Of a DNA stretch of 64,000 nucleotides, positions 53,809 through 61,714 are shown piece after piece. Origin of the DNA: an uncultured delta proteobacterium (GTDB taxonomy: Bacteria > Desulfobacterota > Binatia > UBA9968); assembly GCA_963847445.1 (NCBI GenBank), contig CAWJZV010000030.1:1-64000 (forward strand), in the 5' to 3' direction. Below the pieces are notes generated by a model, which saw only the letters and a program-made list of their open reading frames with translations, did no database searches and was not told the DNA's origin. Within the stretch, counting starts at the first letter, position 1. Each line of letters begins with the position of its first letter. Position numbers and translations under genes: made by a program.

Positions 53809-53822
53809 TAGGGTTTGACTAC

Positions 53823-54290
53823 TTACTTACCGAGGAATTCCAACACTTCCGCCGGATGGGCGCCGGCGTCAGTGACAGGAATCCAATGCTTCTTAATCGT
53901 GCCATCGGGGCCGATCAATGCGGTCGAGCGGATCGTCCCTTCCGAGACTTCGCCCGCGGCATTTTTGCGCGGTCCCCAGGCGCCATAGGCTTTCATGGTT
54001 TCTTTCTGCTGGTCGGCTAAGAGCACGAACGGCAGGTTGAACTTGTTGATGAACTGATTGTGAGAGTCGATGCCATCCGGGCTGACACCTACAACCACGG
54101 TATTGGCTTTCGTCACGGTATCGATAGCGTCGCGGAACCCGCACGCTTCTTTGGTTCAGCCAGGTGTGTCGTCTTTCGGATAAAACCACAGAATGACGTT
54201 TTTGCCGGCGTATTCCGCCAGCGAATGTTGCTTGCCGTCGCTCCCCGCCAAAGTGAACGCCGGCGCTTTTTGCCCTTCAAGTCCTGCCAT
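53823..54290 (-). CDS. Selenocysteine-containing peroxiredoxin BCP/PrxQ (155 aa, Sec45)
   Basis: Single frame from ATG 54290 with GGAGG RBS: WFYPKDDTPG-TGA(54158..54156)-TKEACGF; TGA aligns with Cys45 of the paralog. Confidence 0.88.
54127..54146 (-). promoter_or_regulatory. Bacterial SECIS-like stem-loop
   Basis: GCGUGCGG-GUU-CCGC(G)ACGC starting 10 nt after UGA, G in apical loop. Confidence 0.75.
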
Positions 54291-54308
54291 GAAGCACCTC
54301 CGTATTAA

Positions 54309-54325
54309 GATAGTGTTTGTCTATC
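54309..54325. promoter_or_regulatory. LysR-type palindromic box upstream of Sec-peroxiredoxin
   Basis: GATAG-TGTTTGT-CTATC (T-N11-A core). Confidence 0.65.
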
Positions 54326-54408
54326 ACACCGATAATCTATCTATCAATGATCGAGGACCGGCCATTGGCATTGTCAACGGCAATGCTTGACGGTATATTT
54401 TCGCAACT

Positions 54409-55578
54409 ATGGCAAAGCGATCGACCCTATCGGATTTGCACGAACGCCAAGGGGCGACTTTTATCGAACGGGACGGCTGGCTATTGCCCGACCATTTCGG
54501 CGATCCGGCGAGCGAGTACAATTCGGTTCGTGAATCCGCCGGCCTGTTCGACCTCGCCAATCGCGCCATGCTGCAATTCACCGGCGAGGACCGGCTATCC
54601 TATCTGCAAGGCATGCTATCCAATGATCTGCGCCCGCTTAAAATGTTCGATGGCCAGCAGGCGACGATTCTGACGCAGCAGGGCAAGGTGGTCGCCGATG
54701 TTCGCGTACTCTGCTCCTTGAACTCTTTTTACCTGGATTTCTGGGAGCCGCTCAAGGAAAAGATTCTCACCCATCTCAATCGCTATCTGGTCGCCGATGA
54801 CGTAGAGATCCATGATCCCAATGAGCAATGGAAAATGCTTTCGCTGCAAGGGCCGCGGGCGCAAGTGATGCTTGATCAAGTGTTTGCCAATGCCGAGCTG
54901 CCGGCGCACGCGAATCACCATGGCATGGTGCAATTCGACGGCACTCCGGTCTGCGTCGTGCGCGCCGATCGCACGGGCCATGACGGCTTCGATCTGATCG
55001 TGCAAACTTCTCAGCTCCTAACCTTTGCCCAACGCCTGACCGAGCTCGGCGCGGCCTGGGTCGGCGCACAGGCGCAGAATATCTTGCGCGTCGAAGCCGG
55101 TATGCCTCGTTACGGCGTCGATTTCTCCGAAGATAATCTGCTTCTTGAAGTTGCCCTGGATGACGCCGTGAGTTTCACCAAGGGCTGTTATTTGGGCCAG
55201 GAAGTCGTCGAGCGCATCCGCTCGCGCGGCCATGTCAACAAGAAGCTATGCGGGCTCTTGCTCGATGGCGACACCCCGGCAAGCCCTGGCGACAGGATCA
55301 GCGCCAGCGGCAAAGAGGTTGGCCAGATTACCAGCTCCGTCGCCTCCCTCGCCCTCCAGCGGCCTATTGCCTTGGGCTATGTCAACAAGGACTGCTGGAC
55401 GCCGGGCACCAAGTTGGCGGTAAGCCATGGCGGCAGTGAATTCGCGCGCGACGATAACCTGCAAGACCGATCGTCCCCGCTGCACACCCTGGCCCTTGAA
55501 TCCATGTCTCAACTCCGTATATTAGGCGGAAATTTGCTCCAGCTCAGAAAGGAACTTCGGCAATGGCCAATTTCGTAA
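54409..55578 (+). CDS. GcvT/YgfZ-like folate-binding aminomethyltransferase family protein (3' end probably frameshifted)
   Basis: SFTKGCYLGQEVVERI motif, RADRTG, LRVEAG. Confidence 0.88.
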   Translation: MAKRSTLSDLHERQGATFIERDGWLLPDHFGDPASEYNSVRESAGLFDLANRAMLQFTGEDRLSYLQGMLSNDLRPLKMFDGQQATILTQQGKVVADVRVLCSLNSFYLDFWEPLKEKILTHLNRYLVADDVEIHDPNEQWKMLSLQGPRAQVMLDQVFANAELPAHANHHGMVQFDGTPVCVVRADRTGHDGFDLIVQTSQLLTFAQRLTELGAAWVGAQAQNILRVEAGMPRYGVDFSEDNLLLEVALDDAVSFTKGCYLGQEVVERIRSRGHVNKKLCGLLLDGDTPASPGDRISASGKEVGQITSSVASLALQRPIALGYVNKDCWTPGTKLAVSHGGSEFARDDNLQDRSSPLHTLALESMSQLRILGGNLLQLRKELRQWPIS

Positions 55579-55871
55579 AAGTCTGCAAAACCGATGAGGT
55601 CAAAGGCGGTTGCGGCAAAAGCTTAGAGATCGACGGCAAAGCCATCGGCGTGTTCAATGTCGACGGCAAGTTCTACGCGATCAACGATGTCTGCGGCCAC
55701 CGCGGCGGCCCGCTCGCCGAAGGCGAGATGGATGGCACCACCGTGATCTGTCCCTGGCATGGCTGGCGCTACAACGTCACCACCGGCGAAAACGAATTGT
55801 TGCCGGCTCTGCCCACGGAAAAGTATGAAGTCCAGGTCGAAGGCGACGACGTACTGGTCGATTTAGGTTAG
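55563..55871 (+). CDS. Rieske-type ferredoxin
   Basis: CGHRGGPL and CPWHGW motifs. Confidence 0.92.
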   Translation: MANFVKVCKTDEVKGGCGKSLEIDGKAIGVFNVDGKFYAINDVCGHRGGPLAEGEMDGTTVICPWHGWRYNVTTGENELLPALPTEKYEVQVEGDDVLVDLG

Positions 55872-55988
55872 TCTAATCCACAATAAAGCAGTGGAGGCCC
55901 GCAGCTTGAATCAAGCTCGCGGGCCTTTTGTTATGCGGTGAATACGTTGTTGAGCTGACCGGTTCAGTAAAGCGCTCTTGCTTTTTCC

Positions 55989-56016
55989 GTCATTCCCGCG
56001 CACGCGGGAATCCAGG
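55989..56016. repeat. Family C half-element, ATTCCC-N8-GGGAAT
   Basis: GTCATTCCCGCGCACGCGGGAATCCAGG. Confidence 0.7.
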
Positions 56017-56038
56017 TTCACCGAAACGACACACATTG

Positions 56039-56590
56039 TTATTTCAGATAAGCCCGAATGTAGTCGTTAAGCGCGTCCTTGGTGCTGTCGAAGGCGAGCT
56101 CATGCCAGGGCACTTCTTTGGGCGCAAAGATTGCGGCATCGGTCGACTCGTCCGCAGCCGTCATCGTGCCGCCGACCACTTCCGCCGTGTAGACGACGAT
56201 GACATTGGGCGAACGTGGATAGGAGTAAACGTTAAGCAGCGGCCCAAGCTTGACGTCGAGCAAACACTCTTCTTTGGTCTCACGCACCGCCGCATCTTGC
56301 ACGCTCTCGCCGCGGTCGACGTAACCGCCGGGAAACACCCACTTGCCCAGTGCCGGTTCGACGCCGCGTTTGAGCAAAACGATCCCGCCGTTCAACGTGA
56401 ATACCGTGCCGGCGACGACCTTGGGGTCCTGGTAGAAAATAAACGAACAGGCCTGGCAGACCAGCCGCCTCGGCTCGCTCGTTTTGACGATCTTCTTATC
56501 CAATCCGCCGCCACACTTCGGACAAAATCGGTACTCGATATGGCCGTGCCCGTGGCCGGCGTGATGCGCCTGATGATGATCTGCTGCCAT
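56039..56590 (-). CDS. NUDIX hydrolase with zinc-ribbon and His-rich N-terminus
   Basis: FCPKCG...VCQAC, PGGYVDRGESVQDAAVRETKEE. Confidence 0.9.
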   Translation of the reverse strand: MAADHHQAHHAGHGHGHIEYRFCPKCGGGLDKKIVKTSEPRRLVCQACSFIFYQDPKVVAGTVFTLNGGIVLLKRGVEPALGKWVFPGGYVDRGESVQDAAVRETKEECLLDVKLGPLLNVYSYPRSPNVIVVYTAEVVGGTMTAADESTDAAIFAPKEVPWHELAFDSTKDALNDYIRAYLK

Positions 56591-56649
56591 GGTTGGTTAT
56601 CTAGCGCAGATCGCGTTGAAACAAAAGACGAATCCTGTAAGTTAACCGC

Positions 56650-57327
56650 ATGCTGCGCGCGGTCATTTTCGATTTCAACGGCATCATCGTCGACGACGAG
56701 CCGATCCATTTCGAACTGTTCCAAAAGGTTCTTGCCGAAGAAGGCATTGAGCTGACTAATGACGCCTACTATGCCCGCTATCTGGGCTTCGACGACCGTG
56801 GCGCCTTCAGCTTCGGTTATCGCGAGCACGACCGGCCCTTGAGCCAACTGAAGCTGGCGGAGTTAATCGCGCGCAAAGCCGTCTACTACCAGGAAGCGAT
56901 CCGCAATCATGTGGCGATCTTTCCCGGCGTCAAGAAACTGGTCGCCGATTTGGCGCAAAGTCTGCCGCTGGCCGTCGCCTCGGGTGCCCTGCGCAACGAG
57001 ATCGAAACCATCCTGACCACCGCCAACTTAATCCATCACTTTAAGGTGGTCGTCAGCGCCGAGGACGTCGAACGGGGCAAGCCGGAACCGGATATTTTTT
57101 TGCAAGCGCTGGCAGCATTGAATGCGCACGACGGTAACCCCATCCAAGCGAATCAATGCGTCGTCATCGAAGATTCCAAAGAGGGCATCAAAGGCGCCCG
57201 CCGCGCCGGCATGAAGTGTCTGGCGGTCACCAACTCCCATGCAGCTGAACTGCTCGGAGAAGCTAACCTGATCGTGAAAAGTCTCGATGAAGTGGGGCTG
57301 GCCCGACTAGCTCAGCTTTGTCCATAG
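56650..57327 (+). CDS. HAD superfamily phosphatase
   Basis: IFDFNG, ASG, KPEPDIF, IEDS. Confidence 0.9.
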   Translation: MLRAVIFDFNGIIVDDEPIHFELFQKVLAEEGIELTNDAYYARYLGFDDRGAFSFGYREHDRPLSQLKLAELIARKAVYYQEAIRNHVAIFPGVKKLVADLAQSLPLAVASGALRNEIETILTTANLIHHFKVVVSAEDVERGKPEPDIFLQALAALNAHDGNPIQANQCVVIEDSKEGIKGARRAGMKCLAVTNSHAAELLGEANLIVKSLDEVGLARLAQLCP

Positions 57328-57439
57328 CCAGAATTCTGAACCACGTTGAGTAAGATGTTGGGAATCTCCCCTTTGAAAAAAGGGGCGATTTTACGCGATC
57401 AACGCGGCGAATTTTTCAACGAACTATTGGGGCCGGACG

Positions 57440-58201
57440 CTATTGACTGGCCGACACAAAGACACCAGTCTGGTGAAAGGCAACCGTGAGCAGTCTCGCA
57501 TGTACTGAATACCACTGGCCGCGCTTGCCGCGCGACACTACCACAGCGATAGCTTCAAGCGTTGCATCACGAAATTTAAATACCTGGTCAATCTCAAGAG
57601 CAATATCCGAATAAAAACTTATCCCGGTCAAAGAGAGGTCGCGCATCTTAACCGTCATGCTTTGGGCCTGTCCGATTGGATGAATGGTGGCGAAGTGGCT
57701 CTTCACGATGCGCGGCGTAGCGCGCCGGCCGAAGAGTTCGCGCCCAAAAGCACCTGGCTTTGGCGACGCGTACAACGGACTGCGGCAGCGCTCGCAGCGC
57801 GTATCCGGCCGGATCAACTTCGGCAGCGCTGTATTGCAGTAGGGGCACTGACCGGCTTTCCCTTCGCGCGCTTGGGGCGCAGGGCTCGGCCGTCCTGTCG
57901 ACCCGGCAGCCGGCCGTGCGCCAGCGCTATTCGCGGTTCTTTTCGCCCTCTCGCGGGCGGCGGTCTGCGCCGCCTGAATCCGTTGCAGCAAATACAAGCG
58001 ATCGTACTTAACCCGTTTCGATTCATCCTTGAGCACCGCGTAGGCTTCGTTGATCTGTGCCGCGACATCGTGATCGCCGCCCAGATCCGGGTGCATCTTC
58101 ATCGTCACCATTAGCGTGCGATAACTTGCTTTGATCGTATCGACCGATGCGTTGTGCTGAACTCGAAGAATAATGTAGTAGTTGGGAAGGTTTTTAGCCA
58201 T
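57440..58201 (-). CDS. J-domain / zinc-ribbon / PilZ fusion protein
   Basis: NYYIIL...HPD J-domain; CPYC..CERC; RATPR and DLSLTG PilZ motifs. Confidence 0.8.
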   Translation of the reverse strand: MAKNLPNYYIILRVQHNASVDTIKASYRTLMVTMKMHPDLGGDHDVAAQINEAYAVLKDESKRVKYDRLYLLQRIQAAQTAARERAKRTANSAGARPAAGSTGRPSPAPQAREGKAGQCPYCNTALPKLIRPDTRCERCRSPLYASPKPGAFGRELFGRRATPRIVKSHFATIHPIGQAQSMTVKMRDLSLTGISFYSDIALEIDQVFKFRDATLEAIAVVVSRGKRGQWYSVHARLLTVAFHQTGVFVSASQ

Positions 58202-58225
58202 GCGCGCAGATGTGCCTTTATGCAT

Positions 58226-58252
58226 CTATCGGCTCAAACATGGAATTCTTTA
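58226..58252 (-). promoter_or_regulatory. Sigma28 (FliA) promoter
   Basis: TAAA-N15-GCCGATAG on the minus strand, 25 nt upstream of ATG 58201. Confidence 0.75.
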
Positions 58253-58272
58253 GGAAGGTGTTCAACAAAAAA

Positions 58273-58600
58273 GTAGAGCGGGTTTCAAACCCGCCCCTAC
58301 GTCGAACCGTCGGATTAGGATACTTTCTCCCGCCAAGGCGCAAAGACGCCAAGTTCGGAAGAGGATCATAAAAGTTCGAGAGGATAGTTTACCCATTCTG
58401 CTCTGAACTTTGCGGCCTTGGCACCGGTGCTGCTAAGTAGTCGCGCTCAATGAGAAAAATTCAATCTCACCACGAAGAACACGAAGATCACGAAGTTCGG
58501 AGAAATAATTTTCCGAAACCTTCGTGTCCTTTGTGACCTCCGTGGTAAAAATCTTTCCCATTTGGTTGCGGCTGTGCCGCGCTAGGTTCTTTGCGGCTAA
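58273..58600. repeat. Cluster of stacked repeats: GTAG REP, family A, family B (58467..58548), family A tail
   Basis: GTAGAGCGGGTTTCAAACCCGCCCCTAC; CGCCAAGGCGCAAAG; TCACCACGAAG element; TTGGTTGCGGCTGTGCCGCGCT. Confidence 0.75.
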
Positions 58601-58625
58601 CAATCCGATTCGGAAACCGGATTCT

Positions 58626-59690
58626 TTACAGCCGGTAGAACTCCTTGGAGTTGCTCTCAAGAATCTTGTGCGCCTGAGCATCGTTGATCCGGCCCTCGTC
58701 GACCCAGCCGCGCACCTCGTCGAGGGCGCTCAGATTGGCGGAGATATCGGTGTGGCTGTAGTCGGTGCCGATCATCAGGTTGTCCTCCGTGCCGAACTTG
58801 AGAATCGACTCGATGTCGTCGATCGGGTCGATGGTGACGAACAACCGGTTGGCGCGGAACATCTCCGGTTCCAATTCATAAAGATTGGGCAAGCGCGTCC
58901 CCTTGCCGCGCAGCGATTGGCGTTTCACCGCGCCCAACTGGGAAATGGTATAGGGAATCCATGACGCCCCCGACTCAATGAAACCAAATCTCAGTTTCGG
59001 GAACTTCTTCGCAATCCCCGAGCTGACCACGGCGTAACAGGAGTACATGATCGGAAAGCCGCGATCCCATTCGTGGCTCGGCAGCGGATGGCCGGTGTGG
59101 ATGCACAGCGGCAGGTCGAGGGCGCTGGCCTCCTCGTAGACTGGAAAGAAGTGCGGATCGGTCACATACCGGTCAAGGTCGAAGCCGCGCTTGAAGATGC
59201 CGCAGGCGCCGTTCTCTTTCGCCCAACGCACTTCGGCAACCGCTTTGTCGGGACTCAGGAAGGGCAATACTGCGGCCCAGCGCAGCCGCCCGTTGGTAGC
59301 CGCGCATTTCTCGGCAAGCCAGCGGTTGTAGGTCGTGGTCAATGCCCATTCGGCCTCGGCATTACTGGTATTGTAACGGATGAAAAACGTCGGGAAGATG
59401 ACCTGAACGGCCACGCCCATCTTGTCCATGTGAGCGACCCGGCCCGGCACGTCCTGAAGCTCGCGAAACACCCGGGGAGGATGGTTGATATCATCGCGGA
59501 TCGCCCGGTTTTGCAGCCTGCCCTCGACCACCCAACAGCGGCTGTTGGTCGGATTATAGCCGGCCCGTTTAGCCTCGTCCGGCGGCATCGTTGTCGTCAC
59601 GGGAATGTACTTGGCGTAGGGCGTACCCTCCAACTTTTTCCAAGTTTCTTCGCACTCGTCGACATGAGTATCGGCATCGATCATGGACAT
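58626..59690 (-). CDS. Amidohydrolase_2 family metal-dependent hydrolase/decarboxylase
   Basis: IDADTH, CIHTG, FIESGASW, GTDYSH. Confidence 0.88.
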   Translation of the reverse strand: MSMIDADTHVDECEETWKKLEGTPYAKYIPVTTTMPPDEAKRAGYNPTNSRCWVVEGRLQNRAIRDDINHPPRVFRELQDVPGRVAHMDKMGVAVQVIFPTFFIRYNTSNAEAEWALTTTYNRWLAEKCAATNGRLRWAAVLPFLSPDKAVAEVRWAKENGACGIFKRGFDLDRYVTDPHFFPVYEEASALDLPLCIHTGHPLPSHEWDRGFPIMYSCYAVVSSGIAKKFPKLRFGFIESGASWIPYTISQLGAVKRQSLRGKGTRLPNLYELEPEMFRANRLFVTIDPIDDIESILKFGTEDNLMIGTDYSHTDISANLSALDEVRGWVDEGRINDAQAHKILESNSKEFYRL

Positions 59691-59872
59691 CGGGTATCCT
59701 CCACTAACAACTTTAGGATTTCTTTCCTATAGAGTTACAGTTTATGGATTTTCCTGTCAAATCGTGAAGGGCGTCCGACATGAACATGACGAATAGACCT
59801 CGCCCATGCTGGAGCAAGCTGCGGGGAATGATTAGATTCAATTCAATTAACCAATCCGCCAGCTAAATAGAG

Positions 59873-60580
59873 TTATCTATACGGCGTACGTTGCGGCCGA
59901 ATCGTAATCTCGACGGGACACGCCGTTGCCGGCGCGTTGACAATGTAAAGCACTGCTTGAGCTACGTCATCAGCTTGAATCATCTTGCTGCGGTCCAAAT
60001 GTTTCACCGGCGGAATCATCGGTGTGTCGACGAAACCCGGCAAGATCACCGCGACTTTGATGCCGTGCTCTCGGACTTCTTCGTACAGGGATTGGGTGAA
60101 ACCGATCAGGCCGAACTTCGAGGCTGAGTAGGCGGCGCCGTTGGCTTCGCCGCTTTTGCCTGACACCGAGCCGATGTTGACGACCGCGCCCTCGCCTTTC
60201 TTGATCATTGCCGGCACAAGCTCTTTGGCGAGGATCATCGGCGCGCGCAGGTTGACGCGGAATGTTTGATCCCAGTCGTCGACAAGCGAGCGCACCACCG
60301 ATGCGCGCTTGCCCCAACCGGCGTTGTTGATGAGAAAGTCTACTGCACCGCAGGCCTGAACTAACGAATGCAGATCGTGGTCGCGGGTGAGATCGGCTTG
60401 GATGACCCGAGCTTCGCCTTTGGCCGCAAGGATCTGTTGCTGAACAGATACCAGTTCCGGCGCCGTCCGCGCCGTTAGATAGACAGCACAGCCGGCTTTG
60501 CCCAGGGCAATGGCGATGGCGCGGCCTATTCCCCGGCCAGCACCTGTGACGAGCGCGGTTTTACCTGTGAGATTTTCCAT
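59873..60580 (-). CDS. SDR family oxidoreductase
   Basis: TGAGRGIG, NNAG, YSASK. Confidence 0.92.
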   Translation of the reverse strand: MENLTGKTALVTGAGRGIGRAIAIALGKAGCAVYLTARTAPELVSVQQQILAAKGEARVIQADLTRDHDLHSLVQACGAVDFLINNAGWGKRASVVRSLVDDWDQTFRVNLRAPMILAKELVPAMIKKGEGAVVNIGSVSGKSGEANGAAYSASKFGLIGFTQSLYEEVREHGIKVAVILPGFVDTPMIPPVKHLDRSKMIQADDVAQAVLYIVNAPATACPVEITIRPQRTPYR

Positions 60581-60699
60581 TATTACAGCGTCAACGAGAG
60601 AATTAGAAATACTTCAACAAGCTCAGCTGAACGGAATATTTTTTTGAACTCAATCACTCATGAATCGATTCCACCAACTCGCTGCACCGAAATCCGAAC

Positions 60700-60730
60700 G
60701 TAGGATGGGTTGAGCGTTAGCGATACCCAT
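60700..60730 (+). repeat. GTAG-type REP palindrome
   Basis: GTAGGATGGGTTGAGCGTTAGCGATACCCAT. Confidence 0.6.
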
Positions 60731-60776
60731 AGATTCCCGGACGCGGATATCGCCGTTCTGCGCTTGTACGTCGCGG

Positions 60777-61199
60777 TTAGTGAACCGTATTGCTCTCATC
60801 CTGATCCGGCGGCTGCGATACCGACGAGCCGTGATGCAGGATCATGCGCCAGCCGTCCGCGGTCTTTTGAAACATATTCGTGGTCAGTATCGCGGCGGAG
60901 AAAGTCTGGCCTTCGATGGAGCTCGCCAGGTTTTCATACTGCGTCACCCAGGCAAGCTCGCCGCGCACTTCGATCTTCACATCGGTCAAAGTGAACTGCA
61001 CAGACGGGGTATTTTGAAAAATCCTTTTCCAGCTCTCCATCACCGGGCCCCAGCCCCGCAGGATACGCCAGCCGGGATGACCGCATTGAATGTCGGCGTC
61101 TTTCGACCACACTTGTTCCATGGCCTCGATCTTGAGAGTTTCGAAGGCATGGTAAAAGGCTTGGTTCGCCTGAGCGATTGCTTGGATTTCGTCAGTCAC
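60777..61199 (-). CDS. NTF2/SnoaL-like protein
   Basis: ANQAFYHAF, CGHPGW, TNMF...WRMILHHGS. Confidence 0.85.
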   Translation of the reverse strand: MTDEIQAIAQANQAFYHAFETLKIEAMEQVWSKDADIQCGHPGWRILRGWGPVMESWKRIFQNTPSVQFTLTDVKIEVRGELAWVTQYENLASSIEGQTFSAAILTTNMFQKTADGWRMILHHGSSVSQPPDQDESNTVH

Positions 61200-61301
61200 A
61201 GCTTCCCTCGTTTAGCCTCATCGTCGCAGTTCAAACACGAAGTTTCGATTCGAATTGACGTTGAACTTTTGAACCTGGAACCTTGAACCGCCCGCTTCGG
61301 C

Positions 61302-61628
61302 TCAATGATGCGGTTTGGGCGTCACGAAAACCAGGGTCACCAGGCGCGATTGGCTGCGATTGGCGACGCCGTGGCTCTGGCCGGCCGGCGCCAAGGCGAT
61401 CTCGCCCACTCCCAACTCCCTTTCTTCAGCACCGATGGTGAACGAACCGCGCCCTTCGAGCACGTAGTAGACCTTGTCTTCACCGGCGTGGGTGTGCGGC
61501 TTCTGCTCTTGTCCAGGCTCGAAACAGTAGGTGTCGCAGAAGAAACGCTCGGTCTCGAAGACGCCATTCTTTTTCATCTTGTCCGCCGAATAGCTCATGG
61601 CATCGGTTAGTTTCTTGAAGTTGCTCAT
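61302..61628 (-). CDS. Cupin domain protein
   Basis: PHTHAGEDKVYYVLEG, APAGQSHGV. Confidence 0.85.
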   Translation of the reverse strand: MSNFKKLTDAMSYSADKMKKNGVFETERFFCDTYCFEPGQEQKPHTHAGEDKVYYVLEGRGSFTIGAEERELGVGEIALAPAGQSHGVANRSQSRLVTLVFVTPKPHH

Positions 61629-61714
61629 CGCTCACTCCTCATTTATTTCGTCGTGCGATACTACCATAGGGCCGACGGCATGCAAAAGCCGGATGAATCT
61701 GTTAGTTCTCGTGC

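Noticed and set aside
58440-58550. CRISPR array
   Set aside because: Repeats are 7-9-nt units in a palindrome with no unique spacers and no cas genes
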